Source: Eledone cirrhosa
Lineage: Eukaryota
Assembly: GCA_964016885.1 (NCBI GenBank)
Contig: OZ024740.1
Location: 321,718,001-321,782,000, forward strand
DNA: 64,000 bases
Direction: 5' to 3'
The position numbers and the translations under genes were made by a program. This document shows positions 1 to 10,900 of this stretch, in pieces. Position 1 is the first letter of the stretch, and every line of letters begins with the position of its first letter. The notes under the pieces were generated by a model, which made no database searches, was not told where the DNA came from, and worked only from the letters and a program-made list of their open reading frames with translations.

Positions 1-129
1 CTGTGTACAACACTCTGGCTGTAGTTACTGTTCTCCGTCTTTGTAAAATAAGTACAAGTGATATTCCGGGGTTGATGTAATTAAATATTCCTTCCTCCAA
101 AATTGTAACCAATGTTTGCAATTATTATT

Positions 130-645
130 ATTGGTAGAGTTGTTAGTGTCAGACAAATGCTTAACAGTATTTGCTTCGACTCTTTACTTTCTAAGTTCAA
201 ATCCCACCGAAGTTAACTTTGTCTTTCATCTTTTCTAGGTTCATAAAATAAAGTACCAGTCAAATACTGAGTCAATTTAATTGCTCCCCCCTCACCTACA
301 AATATGTTGGCTTTGTTCTTAAATTAAAAATTATTATTTTGCCTTTCATCCTTACGGGGTTGATAAAATAAAGTACCAGTAACGAACTGGGTAATTGCTG
401 GCCTTGTGCCATAAGTAGAAACAATTATTATTGGGAGTGGTGATGGCAGAATCAGTAGAGCATTGATATGTATCTTGTGGTATTAATGTGTCTTTTTATA
501 TCCTGATTTTAAATCCAGCAGGAGTTAATCTTTTTTGTCCCCTCCATCCTTCTTCACACAAATTAAGTAACAGTCATGTACAGGGGTAACTATACCACTC
601 CACCTTAAATATCTAGACAAGAACCAATGTTAGAAATCATTATTT
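130..645 (+). mobile_element. Cluster of 2-3 decayed tRNA-derived SINE copies (octopus-type, Nin-like central domain)
   Basis: B-box-like GTTCAAATCCC, conserved core TTTGCCTTTCATCCTTACGGGGTTGATAAAATAAAGTACCAG and (ATT)n tails, matching more than 10 other copies in the window. Confidence 0.75.
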
Positions 646-661
646 TTCAAGGAAGAATAGG

Positions 662-785
662 TGAAGGCACCTAGTCTTATAGTTAAGGTGTTGCACTCCA
701 GATCATAAGGTCGTGGGTTTGATTTCTGGACCAAGCGGTGTGTTGTGTTCTTGAGCAAGACGCTTCATTTTACATTGCTTTTCAT
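662..785 (+). mobile_element. tRNA-derived SINE head (OR-like, CORE-type body), truncated
   Basis: Degenerate A/B boxes followed by GTGTTCTTGAGCAAGACGCTTCATTT, shared with the copies at 9160-9440 and 23940-24060. Confidence 0.6.
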
Positions 786-799
786 AAGACTGCAGTTGC

Positions 800-1090
800 T
801 ATTATTAAAACACCCCAAAATTCTCCCATGAAATGAAACCTCATAGGAGACCAGCAAAACTTGCATAGGTGTGAGCTGTAACAACACACACATATATGTG
901 TGATAGGAATGGGACCTATATCATTAAACATATGAGAAATCTCTTATATGATGAAACCTGTATAGTTGTGAGCTGTAACAACATTTATTATGTATGTGTG
1001 ATAAAGGTTGGGGACCTTATAAAAACACCCAAGAAACCTTAAGAAATGCAACCTTGTAGGAGGCCAGGTAAGCTTTTGTAGGTGTGAGCT
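800..1090. repeat. Degenerate minisatellite, about 3 units containing TAGGTGTGAGCTGTAACAAC
   Basis: Recurring motifs AAACACCC..., GTGAGCT and GGGACCT at about 810-1090. Confidence 0.55.
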
Positions 1091-1400
1091 CATTTCCAAA
1101 GCACAAGGCACAATAGCTGAGTGGACACAGTAAGAGAGACTAAATGGGTTGTGAGTTTGTAGCTCTGTGTTACTTATGTTTCACATTTAGCATTTTCAAA
1201 ATGTAAACTTTTATATAAATCAAAAACAATCAAATATTAATCTGAAGAAAAATAAAAGAGTATTCTTTATTCCATATATGGTCATTTTATGTCTATACTG
1301 TAGATTGGCTGGAGCAGAACTGTCCAAATGTTACTTAATGTCTATAGCACGAGACTGAAGTAAAGAAGTCCATTTACTTGTCCACCTAGCTTTTGTGCAA

Positions 1401-1435
<35 letters not shown>

Positions 1436-1451
1436 ATATGTATAAGAAAGA

Positions 1452-1634
1452 GACAGGGCCCGACAGCTGAGCTCTTGCCGATTCAACAGCTAATTCCAGA
1501 CTCTGGCATTAGCTGCCAAAATGATAAGAGTTCAGCTGTCTGGCCCTGACTTTTTGTAATCTAGTCACTCTATTATCTCAAGTATTGAGTACTATGTTGA
1601 ATAATGGTCTAACTAGTTTAATACTGACTTAATC

Positions 1635-1635
<1 letters not shown>
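1452..1635. mobile_element. Hairpin/MITE-like repeat (second copy at 41835-41975)
   Basis: Inverted arms CAGGGCCCGACAGCTGAGCTCTT / AAGAGTTCAGCTGTCTGGCCCTG, followed by a conserved tail CAAGTAT.GAGTA...GAATAATGGTCT. Confidence 0.6.
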
Positions 1636-1665
<30 letters not shown>

Positions 1666-1918
1666 CCTATTTTTCATCACAAGACGATAGCTAATATGTT
1701 ACTAGTTAATTCTGGTAAGACCATTATTCACCTTAGTACTCCATACTTAAGGAAAGTCAACTATAGATATTATTATTGGTTAGAGAACCTGGCTGTTAAT
1801 TATAAGCAGCTTTGATGGGAAAGATGTTTTCCCATCTTGCCATGATTTAAGCTTAATTGTTGGGGTCTCTCTCTCTCTCCCTATATATATACATATATAT
1901 ATATTTTTTTTTTTTTAA

Positions 1919-2155
1919 TTAGAAAGTGAACAACACAATATATAACTACTCCATTACCAAAGATTTCAGGACCTTAGACATACGTCTAGTTCGCTCATCA
2001 GATAGAAGGGTTATTAGCCCTTCTATCTGATGAGCGAACTAGACGTATGTTAATATTGTCTAGGTTACTGAAACCTTTGGTAATGGAGTAGTTATATATT
2101 GTGTTGTTCACTTTCTAAATAAATAGCTCTGTTTTATACATAGAGCACTCATTAT
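1919..2155. mobile_element. Palindromic PLE pseudo-LTR remnant with a hammerhead motif on each arm
   Basis: Arms of about 92 and 100 bp around 2013. + strand CTGATGA(2027)...CTAGAC/GTCTAG...GAAAC(2070)CTTTG-GTA, then AATAAA. (TA)n flanks. Confidence 0.8.
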
Positions 2156-2547
2156 ATATATATATAATGTTTGCGTGTATGTATGCACACGCACACACAC
2201 ACACACACACACACGCACACATACAAAAAGAAAAAAAAAAAAAGGTCCCATTGTGTAAAGTAAAAGCGGGTCTAGGATTTTGATCAAAACATGTTTACAC
2301 AATTTAAACAATTCTCCATTAAGTTAAAACTTGACTGCATTTTTTTCGTTTTGAATTAAAATCCCACCACAGTCAACTTTTCTGTTCGTCCTTTTGATGT
2401 TGATGAAATAAGTACCAACTGAGTACTAGGGTCGGTTTAATCAACTAACCCTTCCCACCAAATTTCTGGTCCTGTGTCTAAATTAAAAACCATTATTATT
2501 AAAAGTATTATTATTATTATGAGTAGTATTATAAGTATTATTATTAT

Positions 2548-2765
2548 GAGGGTGGTAAATTGGCAGAACCAGTGTTGGGACAGAATACATTGCAGTATCT
2601 GTTCCAATTCTCTACATTCTGTGTTCAAATCCCACCGAGGTTAGCTTTACCTTTCATCCTACGGGGTCGATAAAATAAAGTACCAGTCACGCACTGGGGT
2701 CAATTTAATCGACTGTCCTCTCCCCCAAAATTGTTGGCCTTGTGCCTAAATCAGAAATAATAATT
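2548..2765 (+). mobile_element. tRNA-derived SINE, full length (long subfamily); a decayed copy lies at 2300-2495
   Basis: GGTGGTAAATTGGCAGAA A-box region, GTTCAAATCCC B box, Nin-like core, (ATT)n tail. Confidence 0.8.
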
Positions 2766-3136
2766 ATTATTACTATTATTATCATCAGTATCAGTATTAT
2801 ATCAAGACATATCTGTTGACTGTTGTGTTGCGACATATTATATCTATGGCTGTGCTCTGTTATATCTACAGAAATATTAACAAATGTATATCTAAATGTA
2901 TAACAAATATGTATTCAAATGTATCTTATAATGATTATGTATTAAACCATAACAATAATAATTTCTCTCCTGTTTATGTAAAATGCCTTTCAATCCTATG
3001 AACAACAGAAGCTGTTGTTGAACTATATGCAATGTTGGTTGTAGTATTCTACTTGGTATTGAACCCCAGGTCATGTGTGGACAGTGGTTACATATCTTGT
3101 TATGTCATGTTGTGAACCTAGTTTCTGTGTATGTAT

Positions 3137-3332
3137 GTGGGTCAACTGAAAATTTCACAGACTGACCATGATACTCTCATGGAATGACCAAAAAAGGTTT
3201 AATTTTCAACATAGTTCTTGGAAAGAAACAATGCAGTTATTTATAAGAACAGTTGAAATTAATCCATACAAGATTTCATAACTCTAGCATCAATCCTTCA
3301 TAGTTATCCTCTGAACTTTTCAGCCAACCCGC
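3137..3332. mobile_element. Tc1/mariner-type MITE
   Basis: Imperfect TIRs GGGTCAACTGAAAATTTC / GAACTTTTCAGCCAACCC. Confidence 0.65.
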
Positions 3333-3796
3333 ATGCGTATATATATATATCTCGGCTCCGGCCCGGCCCTGGCCCTGGCCATGCCTGGCTCCGGCCCGGC
3401 CCGGCTCGGTTCCCCTCCCCACCCCATAAACATCAGAACAATGTGGTATATTGTTATTAATAATTTACCGTGAACAAATATAATTGCCACAAAAAAGCCA
3501 TTAAAAAATCACGGAAGATATTTGTGATTCCACAAATATGTGGTGGTTTCCACAAACAATTATTAGTTAGGTTCTAAGGAAAATTCCACAAATAACCAGG
3601 ACTGCAAATACTGGGGGTACACTGAATTTGTTTTATTATAGCTATGAAGCTATATTCATAACTCCTGGCCTTTCAGTTCCTGGTGTAGCTTTGCAGTTCT
3701 AATAAAATCAATTATAACCGACTCAACTCATTTTTTGAGTTTTGTCTTTTTCCTCCATGCACGTGTATGTATGTATGTATGTATGTATATATATAT

Positions 3797-3865
<69 letters not shown>

Positions 3866-3939
3866 CGTGTATATGTGTGTGTGTGTATATATATATGTAT
3901 ATATATATATATATATATACGTGTATATGTGTGTGTGTG

Positions 3940-3985
<46 letters not shown>

Positions 3986-4240
3986 GTGTGTGTGTGTTGC
4001 AAGTGATATTCCAATACCAATAATCTCTACTTGAATGTGATATTAAAACTGTATAAAGAACTGTGTGTGTGTATGGTGATTTGAATGAAGACTATATTAA
4101 GATTGATTGAAGTATCTAAAATGCTTTATTTATCTCTGGCTTTATTTATTGCTACAGCAACTCAAGCAACAACAACACACACACGCGCACGCGTATATAT
4201 ATATATGTGTGTGTATGTATGTATGTATGTATGTATGTAT

Positions 4241-4433
4241 ATTCATTTTATTAAGGCTGAATAGTGAGTCTTGTTACTCTGGAGTTTCGTCTGTTTGTCA
4301 CAGGGTCACCAGAAAATAACTTTGTTTATCACAGGCGAAACTCCAGAGTAACAAGACTCACTATTCAATCTTAATAAAATGAATATTAAAACTCTACATT
4401 GGTAATGAGTACTTTTTTCTCAGTTGTCAACAA
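4241..4433. mobile_element. Inverted PLE pLTR remnant with degenerate hammerhead
   Basis: Inverted arms 4241-4290 / 4332-4385. Minus strand CTGGTGA-CCCTGT GACAA ACAG-AC-GAAACTCCAGAGTA; AATAAA follows. Confidence 0.7.
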
Positions 4434-4456
4434 CATACATATACATACACACATAC

Positions 4457-4538
<82 letters not shown>

Positions 4539-5574
4539 AACACATGCATATATATACCCACACATATATACATAGACATACTTGTGATTTCAGCTTAGTA
4601 TATTGTTGTTATTGTTGTTACTGGTATTGGAAATGTCTGCTCAAGATGGTGGTTTGTTAGAGAGGTTTTTTTCCATGGTATTTTGTAAAAAAAGTGACCT
4701 GTACTTCATAAAAATTTCCATTGTGCTGTTGTTGGAATCTGAAATCCTTATTATTTTCAAATAAAATTGCTTGGCTCTCTGTTAATAAATCTTGTTTGTT
4801 TTAATTGAGAGGGATTGTATGATGCCAAGAAAGACATGGCTAAGGGAGGAGGAGATGAATGGGTAGTGGTGAGAGGGGATGGAGAAGCTTGTCATAGGGC
4901 TCACAAGGTTAATCCATGCTTGAGCAGGGAAAATAGTTTTGAAATACTTGTTGTTGATGTATATATGTGCTTAAGAAATGCAATATTATATGGCCATGAA
5001 TATAGAGGCTGGAGAGAAATGAGTTGAGGAAGCTGTTATATGCTTAATGTTAGTGTGTATGAATGATGAAACATGGAGGTGTTAAGAGAACAACTGGGCT
5101 TAAGAAAAATCAGATGTTATGGGCAGTGACAGATTGGCCAGGTTGCCCAATGGCAAGTTGGCTCCAGGGGCCCATGGTTTAATTGCAAGAGCCCACAGTA
5201 GTATTGCAGGGCCCACAGTAGTATTTAAGGGGCCAATTCTTTGCTTTCAAAAAAATACCTGAAATCTAAGAGAAAGAATAAAATAAAATTAAAAAATAAA
5301 TAAAACAATTAAGCAAAGCATTTGGTCAACCAATTCCCCAGGGAATTAATAGAAACCAAAATATAGTGCCAACAGCTGGAATCAGTGGTTGTACATTCTA
5401 CTAAATCTAAAGCTTAGTGTATTCATGCATGCATGCAAACATACATATAGACACAGACACACAAGCATATATATATATATATATATTTATATACTTACAC
5501 ATGAACTACTGACCAAATAATATTTGGTATCAATGGGTTAAAGGCATCTGTCAAATCAATTAGTGGTGAAGGTG

Positions 5575-5618
<44 letters not shown>

Positions 5619-5651
5619 AGATCAAAAGATGGTTAAAGGAGTTCAATATAT

Positions 5652-5716
5652 TTTATTATGCGCATTTCAAAAACAAACATCATCAAACAATAATATTTGT
5701 GTTTTCATCAGATAAA
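5652..5716 (-). ncRNA. Minimal type-I hammerhead ribozyme motif in a PLE tail fragment
   Basis: TTAT-CTGATGA-helix II (AAACACAAATATTATT / TGATGATGTTTGTTTTT)-GAAAT-GCGC-ATA-ATAA. Canonical core, palindromic helix III. Confidence 0.75.
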
Positions 5717-5784
5717 ACAGGAGAACATGATATGAAGGCTAAAAAAACACTTGTTGATAGTGCAGTTTTAAATCAACATAACAT

Positions 5785-5862
<78 letters not shown>

Positions 5863-6279
5863 TGACACACACATATATTGAGTGAATGGGAAATATTTAG
5901 GATCAACTTCTGGTCATTATTAAAAGTCTCTGGATTTCTCAAAATGCTTATTTTTTATTGGAGAAGGTAAGATATTTTTCCGCAAAAATTTGATTGCACT
6001 TTTGTTTCCATTTATGTATTTTTTGAAAATGCTATTTAGTCATTATAAAAATTATATGATAGCATTCTATATGTGGGTGGGCCCCCTTCATCTGGCAACC
6101 AATATCTTTAGACCTAATGAGCCACTGTATATATATATAATGCCAATCATTGTAAGTTTGAATCTGTCGGGCATAAACATATATATATGAATAAAGTAAG
6201 CCAAAATAGTAGATTCAAATATCCTAATATTCCCCCTCCATACACATGCACAGATGTATATCATGACTCATACACTATT

Positions 6280-6375
6280 CACTTCCCTGACATTTGTATA
6301 TTATTCTATGTACTATACATGCACCTTTGACGAGTTGTGCACCTGAGCACTGTACACACTAATTTCATTATTATC
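6280..6375 (+). mobile_element. CR1-like LINE 3' tail
   Basis: Stem-loop GTGCACCTGAGCAC followed by AATTTCATTATTAT tail. Confidence 0.4.
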
Positions 6376-8109
6376 ACAGAGGGAGAGAGGGGGCGGAGAA
6401 ATGAGGTGCAACAGATGGAACATGGATTACAGGTTAAAATATAGTTTAGATAGATGTGAAACAAAACGAGGATGTATTTTATGGAACACCCAAATGATTT
6501 AGAAGTCGACCTTAAGTAGGAGCAATAACATTAAGAAAGACATGAACGACACCACAACACTTTGTTTTGAAAATTTTGAAATTAGGTTTATAAGTATAAA
6601 TGTAGCTGTCTCTGTGGCCCAGCGGTAGTTCTAGAGACGGTGGAGATACTGGCCTTGGGTGTAATCCTGGTCAAGAGGTACATGCAACCTTTTTCAGTTT
6701 CTTTTATTTTACAGCCCATAGAAAAAAACTGAAAAGGTTTACTGGGAACCATACTCCCGACTAGGATCGAACTTCAGACCAGGATCACCACCGTCTATGA
6801 GTCCTCCAACTAGGCCACTGAGACAGCTACAAAAGTATAATGAAAATTGATAATTATAAACCTACTTTCAAAATGAAAGTTAAAAAGATGTAGTGTCGTT
6901 CATGGCTTTCCTAGAGCTATTAGTAATATTTAGGGTCAACTTCTGGTTGTTATTGAAAGTCTTTGGATTTCGCAAAATACATAATATTTTTTATTGGAGA
7001 AGGTAAGCTATTTGATCGCACTGTTTTGTTTCCACTTATGTATTTTTCGAAAATGTTATTTATTCATGATAAAAATTAAATGATAGCATTCTATATGTAG
7101 GTGGGCCCCCTTCATCTCCTTTAGACCCAGTCCGCCACTGGTTATGGGCAATAGAGAAGATTGCGTTGGTTCAGAGAAGTATCACATATGAACGATGGGT
7201 AAAAAAATGCCTGGAGTTTTGAGTGTATAGAAATCATGGAAAAAGACCCAAAAAAGGTTTGGACTGGGGTTGTGAGAAACAATCTCAAGAAATTATACCC
7301 CACAAAGAAGATGACAAAGGAAAGAGACAAGTGGAGAGGACTTGTCTACGTTGTTTACGTTATTGTTGTTACTGTTACCAGTGCTGGTTGCGTCATTGTT
7401 TACGTTGTTGTTACTGTTACCAGTGCTGGTTGTTTCGTTGTTAATTTTACCAATGCTGGTTCTGGCGTTGTTGTTGTTATTGTTGTTTTGGTTGTTGTTG
7501 TTTTGTTGCTGTTATTTTTGTTAGTACTATCGTTATTAATGTTCACTTTGTGACCGATGTTGTGGTTGTCTTTGCTGTCGTTGTTGCTACTTTCCCTTGT
7601 TTTTGTTACACTTGTTCCCGTTGTTGTTGTTGTGGTGGTGGTGGTGGTGGTTGCAATACAGTTGTTTTCAGTAGTAAAGGTGATAACATAGGTAAATGTC
7701 TTACGTTGTTTTTATTTCCATTTTCCTTTGCCTGGCTGTTGGTGTTGCTGATGTCGTCTGCGACGATGTGTGCGGTGGTAGTAGTAACACTGTTCATACA
7801 TGTAGTAGTAGTAGGGACAGTTTTCAACGTTGTATCAAACTTTTGTCACGTGACTGCTGATTGAAAGCTTCAGGATGATTTTCGTCCATTTTTATTTATA
7901 TGTAGAAAAAAATTCTAAAAATTTTCAAATAAAGTTCAAATATTTGGGCTTAAAGTCCAAATATTGAAAGGTTTCCCTTCTTCAGAGCAAAGATCGATGC
8001 TTTGTCTCGTTATCAAAGAAAGAAAAAAAAAAAAAAAAACGCACTTCAACTAAATTTACGTCCCATAGACTTGTACGTCTTACGCTCTCGCCGTCAAATA
8101 ACGACAATA

Positions 8110-8280
8110 ATAATGGTTTCTGATTTAGGCACAAGGCCAGCAATTACCCAGTGTATTAAGGGTACTTTATTTTATCGATCCCGCAAAGGCAAAGATGTGA
8201 ACTCGGCGGGAACGTAAAGGGCCGTAACTCTTTGCCACAAAGCATGGTGTCCAACGCTATGCCAACATACCACTCTTACA
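8110..8280 (-). mobile_element. tRNA-derived SINE (short subfamily)
   Basis: GGCACAAGGCCAGCAATTACCCAGTG...GGTACTTTATTTTATCGA, reverse match to the family consensus. Confidence 0.75.
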
Positions 8281-8489
8281 ACAATAATAATAACAATGCA
8301 CGCAGAGTTTCACTTGGTAAGACACTGAAAGCATGCAATGAAAAAAAACAAAAAAAAAATGATTTCTGAAATTATAAGTTCTAACATTGACATAAAGCCA
8401 AAAACTTTGCAGAGAAGCAAGTTGAATATATGAACCTCAGTACTTAACTGATACTTTATTTTACCAACCTTTGAAGGATTAAAGGCTAT

Positions 8490-8690
8490 CTTAGTGTAGA
8501 TTTGTTGGATTGCTTCACGTTGCTCAGTTAATTTGGACATTGTGCAGTGACCATAGATGGGAGCAATAGTCCTTCAGAGGACCAAGATAGTTTCCTGATC
8601 TCTTGTCCTGAATGACTTCAGAATCCATCTGGCCCGTCAGCAGTACATTGCCGCCATTTTGGTGATATTCACATAAAACAACACATCATA
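8490..8690 (-). mobile_element. CR1/L2-type LINE RT fragment
   Basis: RARWILKSFRTRDQETILVL*RT...REAIQQIYTK resembles the post-RT region of CR1-group ORF2. Confidence 0.5.
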
Positions 8691-8712
8691 ATCAGTGTTT
8701 ATTTAGCATTAC

Positions 8713-8857
8713 CAGGGCCTATGATAGGGGGGCAACCGATACTTTGTTCTGGGGCCCAAGAGATAAGAAGGTCCCACCACAACCATGCAACAACCATTTT
8801 GAGAAAAATCTTTGCCTGCTTCAGGCCCCAAAGGCAAAATTTCTCTTGGAGGCCCTG
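8713..8857. mobile_element. hAT MITE
   Basis: TIR CAGGGCC/GGCCCTG; 8-bp TSD AGCATTAC/AGTATTAC. Confidence 0.75.
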
Positions 8858-8935
8858 AGTATTACTATAACATTACTATATATTATTGATATATTATTTA
8901 TTATCACTATTTTATTGTATTACTATCTTATATTA

Positions 8936-9115
8936 ATTGTTTCTACGTTTGGCACAAGGCCAGCAATTACCCAGTGCATTACTGGTACTTTATTTTATCG
9001 ACCTAGTAAGGATGAAAGCAAAGTTAACCTCGGCGGGATTTGAACTCAGAATGGCAAGGGCCGTAACTCTATACGTCAAAGCATGGCGTCCGACCCTCTG
9101 CCAATCCACCAATAA
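8936..9115 (-). mobile_element. tRNA-derived SINE (short subfamily)
   Basis: Reverse match to the family including the B box GAGTTCAAATCCC. Confidence 0.8.
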
Positions 9116-9155
9116 ATTACTATCTTATATTAATATAGTATAGTCAGTATTACTA

Positions 9156-9438
9156 TAAAGTCTAAAGTCTGTTTTAAGCCAGAAGGCTCATTTGGCCGGT
9201 GCTTACCCCGGTTTCATGGAGTGAAGTGACTGAGAGTACAAGACTTCCCCTGGACAGGACGCCAGTCCATCGCAGGGTTAAACCCCCAGCTATTGCTGGT
9301 ACTCATTTTCAGGTGAGTATACTGGAGCAACGTGAAATGAAGTGTTGTGCTCAAGAACACAACATGCAACCCAGGAATCGAACCCACGACATCATGAGCG
9401 TAAGTCCAACACTCTCACCACTAGGCCACGTGCCTCCA
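9156..9438 (-). mobile_element. tRNA-derived SINE with CORE-like and V-like domains
   Basis: A box TGGCCTAGTGG, B box GGTTCGATTCC, then CCCTGCGATGGACTGGCGTCCTGTCCAGGGG (V-SINE-like) and an (AGACTTT)n tail. Confidence 0.75.
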
Positions 9439-9635
9439 CAATATTACTATAGTATTGGTATATATTATAGATATATAGTATTACTGGGTCATTTCATTAC
9501 TATATGAATGTGTTATTTAGTATTACTATGATATGACTACATATTACTTTCTTTTCTTTCTATTTATTCCACATCATATCTGAGGGGCAGCAAATATACG
9601 ATGATCAGTTATGACATGTATGTATGTAGGGTGAT

Positions 9636-10895
9636 ATACCTGCACCAACTTTGTTTGCCTTGTATTTCGCGATGGTGTTCTTCATGGCCTTCAAGGATTG
9701 TCAACACGGTATCTATCTCAGATATCGCACTTCCGGCAAGCTGTTTAACCTTAGGCGTCTCACTGCCAACACTAAGGTACTGAGTACCTTGATCAGAGAA
9801 TTTTTATATGCAGATGATTGTGATCTCTTTGCACACTCCCAGAGTGACATGCAACACCTTATGGATTCTTTTTCCAATGCGTGCAGTGCTTTGGGACTGA
9901 AAATCAGTCTGAAGAAGACTGTCGTCGTGTATACGGTCAAAAGCTGAAGGCTGCTGACACATTTGTGTATTTGGGGAGTACTCTGAGTGTGACCTGCTCT
10001 CTGGATGCAGAAGTTGGTCTACGTGTTAGTAAGGCAAGTGAGTCATTTGGAAGGCTCAACGACCGTCTTTGGTGCAGGCGAGGAATCGCAATGAGGACCA
10101 AGGTGAGAGTGTATGCTGCATGTGTACTGTCAGCTTTGTAGGTTGCCTACAAACGGCATGTCCACAGACTGGAACGGTTTCACCAGCAGTGTCTTAGAAA
10201 GATGCTTGGTATCAAGTGGCAGATGCATGTGAGTGATGTTGAGGTCCTTGAGAGAAGTGAGTGTTGGAGCATTGAGAGTATCATCCACCAACGGCGTTTG
10301 CGATGGACCGGACACCTCTGCAGAATGGATGATGATCGAGTCCCAAAACAACTCTTGTATGGCGAGCTTTGTGAGGGTAAGAGACCACCTCACAAACCAA
10401 AGCTCCGATTCAAGGATTGTGTAAAGGACTCATTGAAAAAAAGTGGTTTGATGATGGCTGACTGGGAGATAGAAGCTCTTGAAAGAGAGACTTGGCGTGG
10501 AATGGTGAATGACGGGGTTCATAATTTTGAGGACAGACGCATAGAGGACGAGAAGATCAAAAGGGATGTGCGTAAGCAATACCCTGGTGTATCTCTCGAA
10601 ACGATCGGTGTCTCCATTGAATTGAAGTGCCCTGAGTGTCGAAAAATTTGCTTGAGCAAATCTGGTCTCAGGGGCCACAGTCGCAGCCATGTTGAAAGGG
10701 AACCAGTGAACTATGATCTCCACGGTGTTGTGAGAGTTCACGGACAACCTGATGCGGGACCTCAAGCCAGGGAGATCCATAGTTGTCGTCAGTGTGTGAA
10801 GGAGTGCAAGTCTCTAGCAGACTTGAAAAGCCATATCCGAGCGTCCCACATCTGAATCTGACAAGCGATTGGCAGAGTTTGCAGCCATTATGTAT
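9636..10895 (+). mobile_element. RTE (BovB-like) LINE, 5'-truncated, frameshifted RT plus C-terminal C2H2 fingers
   Basis: APTLF..GKLFNLRRL..FLYADDC..FVYLGSTLS..RRLRWTGHLCRM..PKQLLYGEL; CPECRKIC..GHSRSH and CRQC..SHIRASH. Confidence 0.9.
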
Positions 10896-10900
10896 GTATG

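Larger units (their letters stand above)
1090..3700 (-). pseudogene. Possible decayed class A (rhodopsin-like) GPCR fragments, split by insertions
   Basis: 3425-3640 translates as VPPVFAVLVICGIFLRT*LIIVCG...SVIFNGFFVAIIFVHGKLLITIY (TM1/TM2-like). 1210-1400 translates as QVNGLLYFSLVL*TLSNI then, after a frameshift, LDSSAPANLQYRHKMTIYGIKNTLLFFF (TM3, ICL2 P-x-Y-R-x-x-M-T-like, TM4). Contains stops and frameshifts. Confidence 0.3.
5124..7140. mobile_element. Non-autonomous hAT-type element (2 kb) with 8-bp TSD
   Basis: Ends CAGTG...CACTG. Perfect TSD GTTATGGG (5116-5123, 7141-7148). The right end is internally duplicated (5890-6127 vs 6925-7140). Confidence 0.8.
4830..7345 (+). mobile_element. 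RTE-type LINE 3' fragment, split by a hAT insertion (4830-5123 and 7141-7345)
   Basis: RNAILYGHE..LERNE..EVLREQLGLRKIRCYG | Q*RRLRWF..WVKKC..RPKKVWTGVVRNNLKK..ERDKWRGLV, typical of the RTE RT C-terminus. Confidence 0.7.

Noticed and set aside
3712-4660. YIYI/CVCV/THTH ORFs here and throughout the window
   Set aside because: These are translations of (TA)n, (CA)n and (TATG)n microsatellites.
7345-7890. Intact N/T/Q-rich first exon on the minus strand (MDENHPEAF...)
   Set aside because: It stops after 21 codons and the rest is (AAC)n-derived low complexity with multiple stops.
8645-8662. Gene start AAAATGGCGGC / YY1-like site on the minus strand
   Set aside because: It lies within a CR1/L2-like RT fragment and is followed by an early stop.
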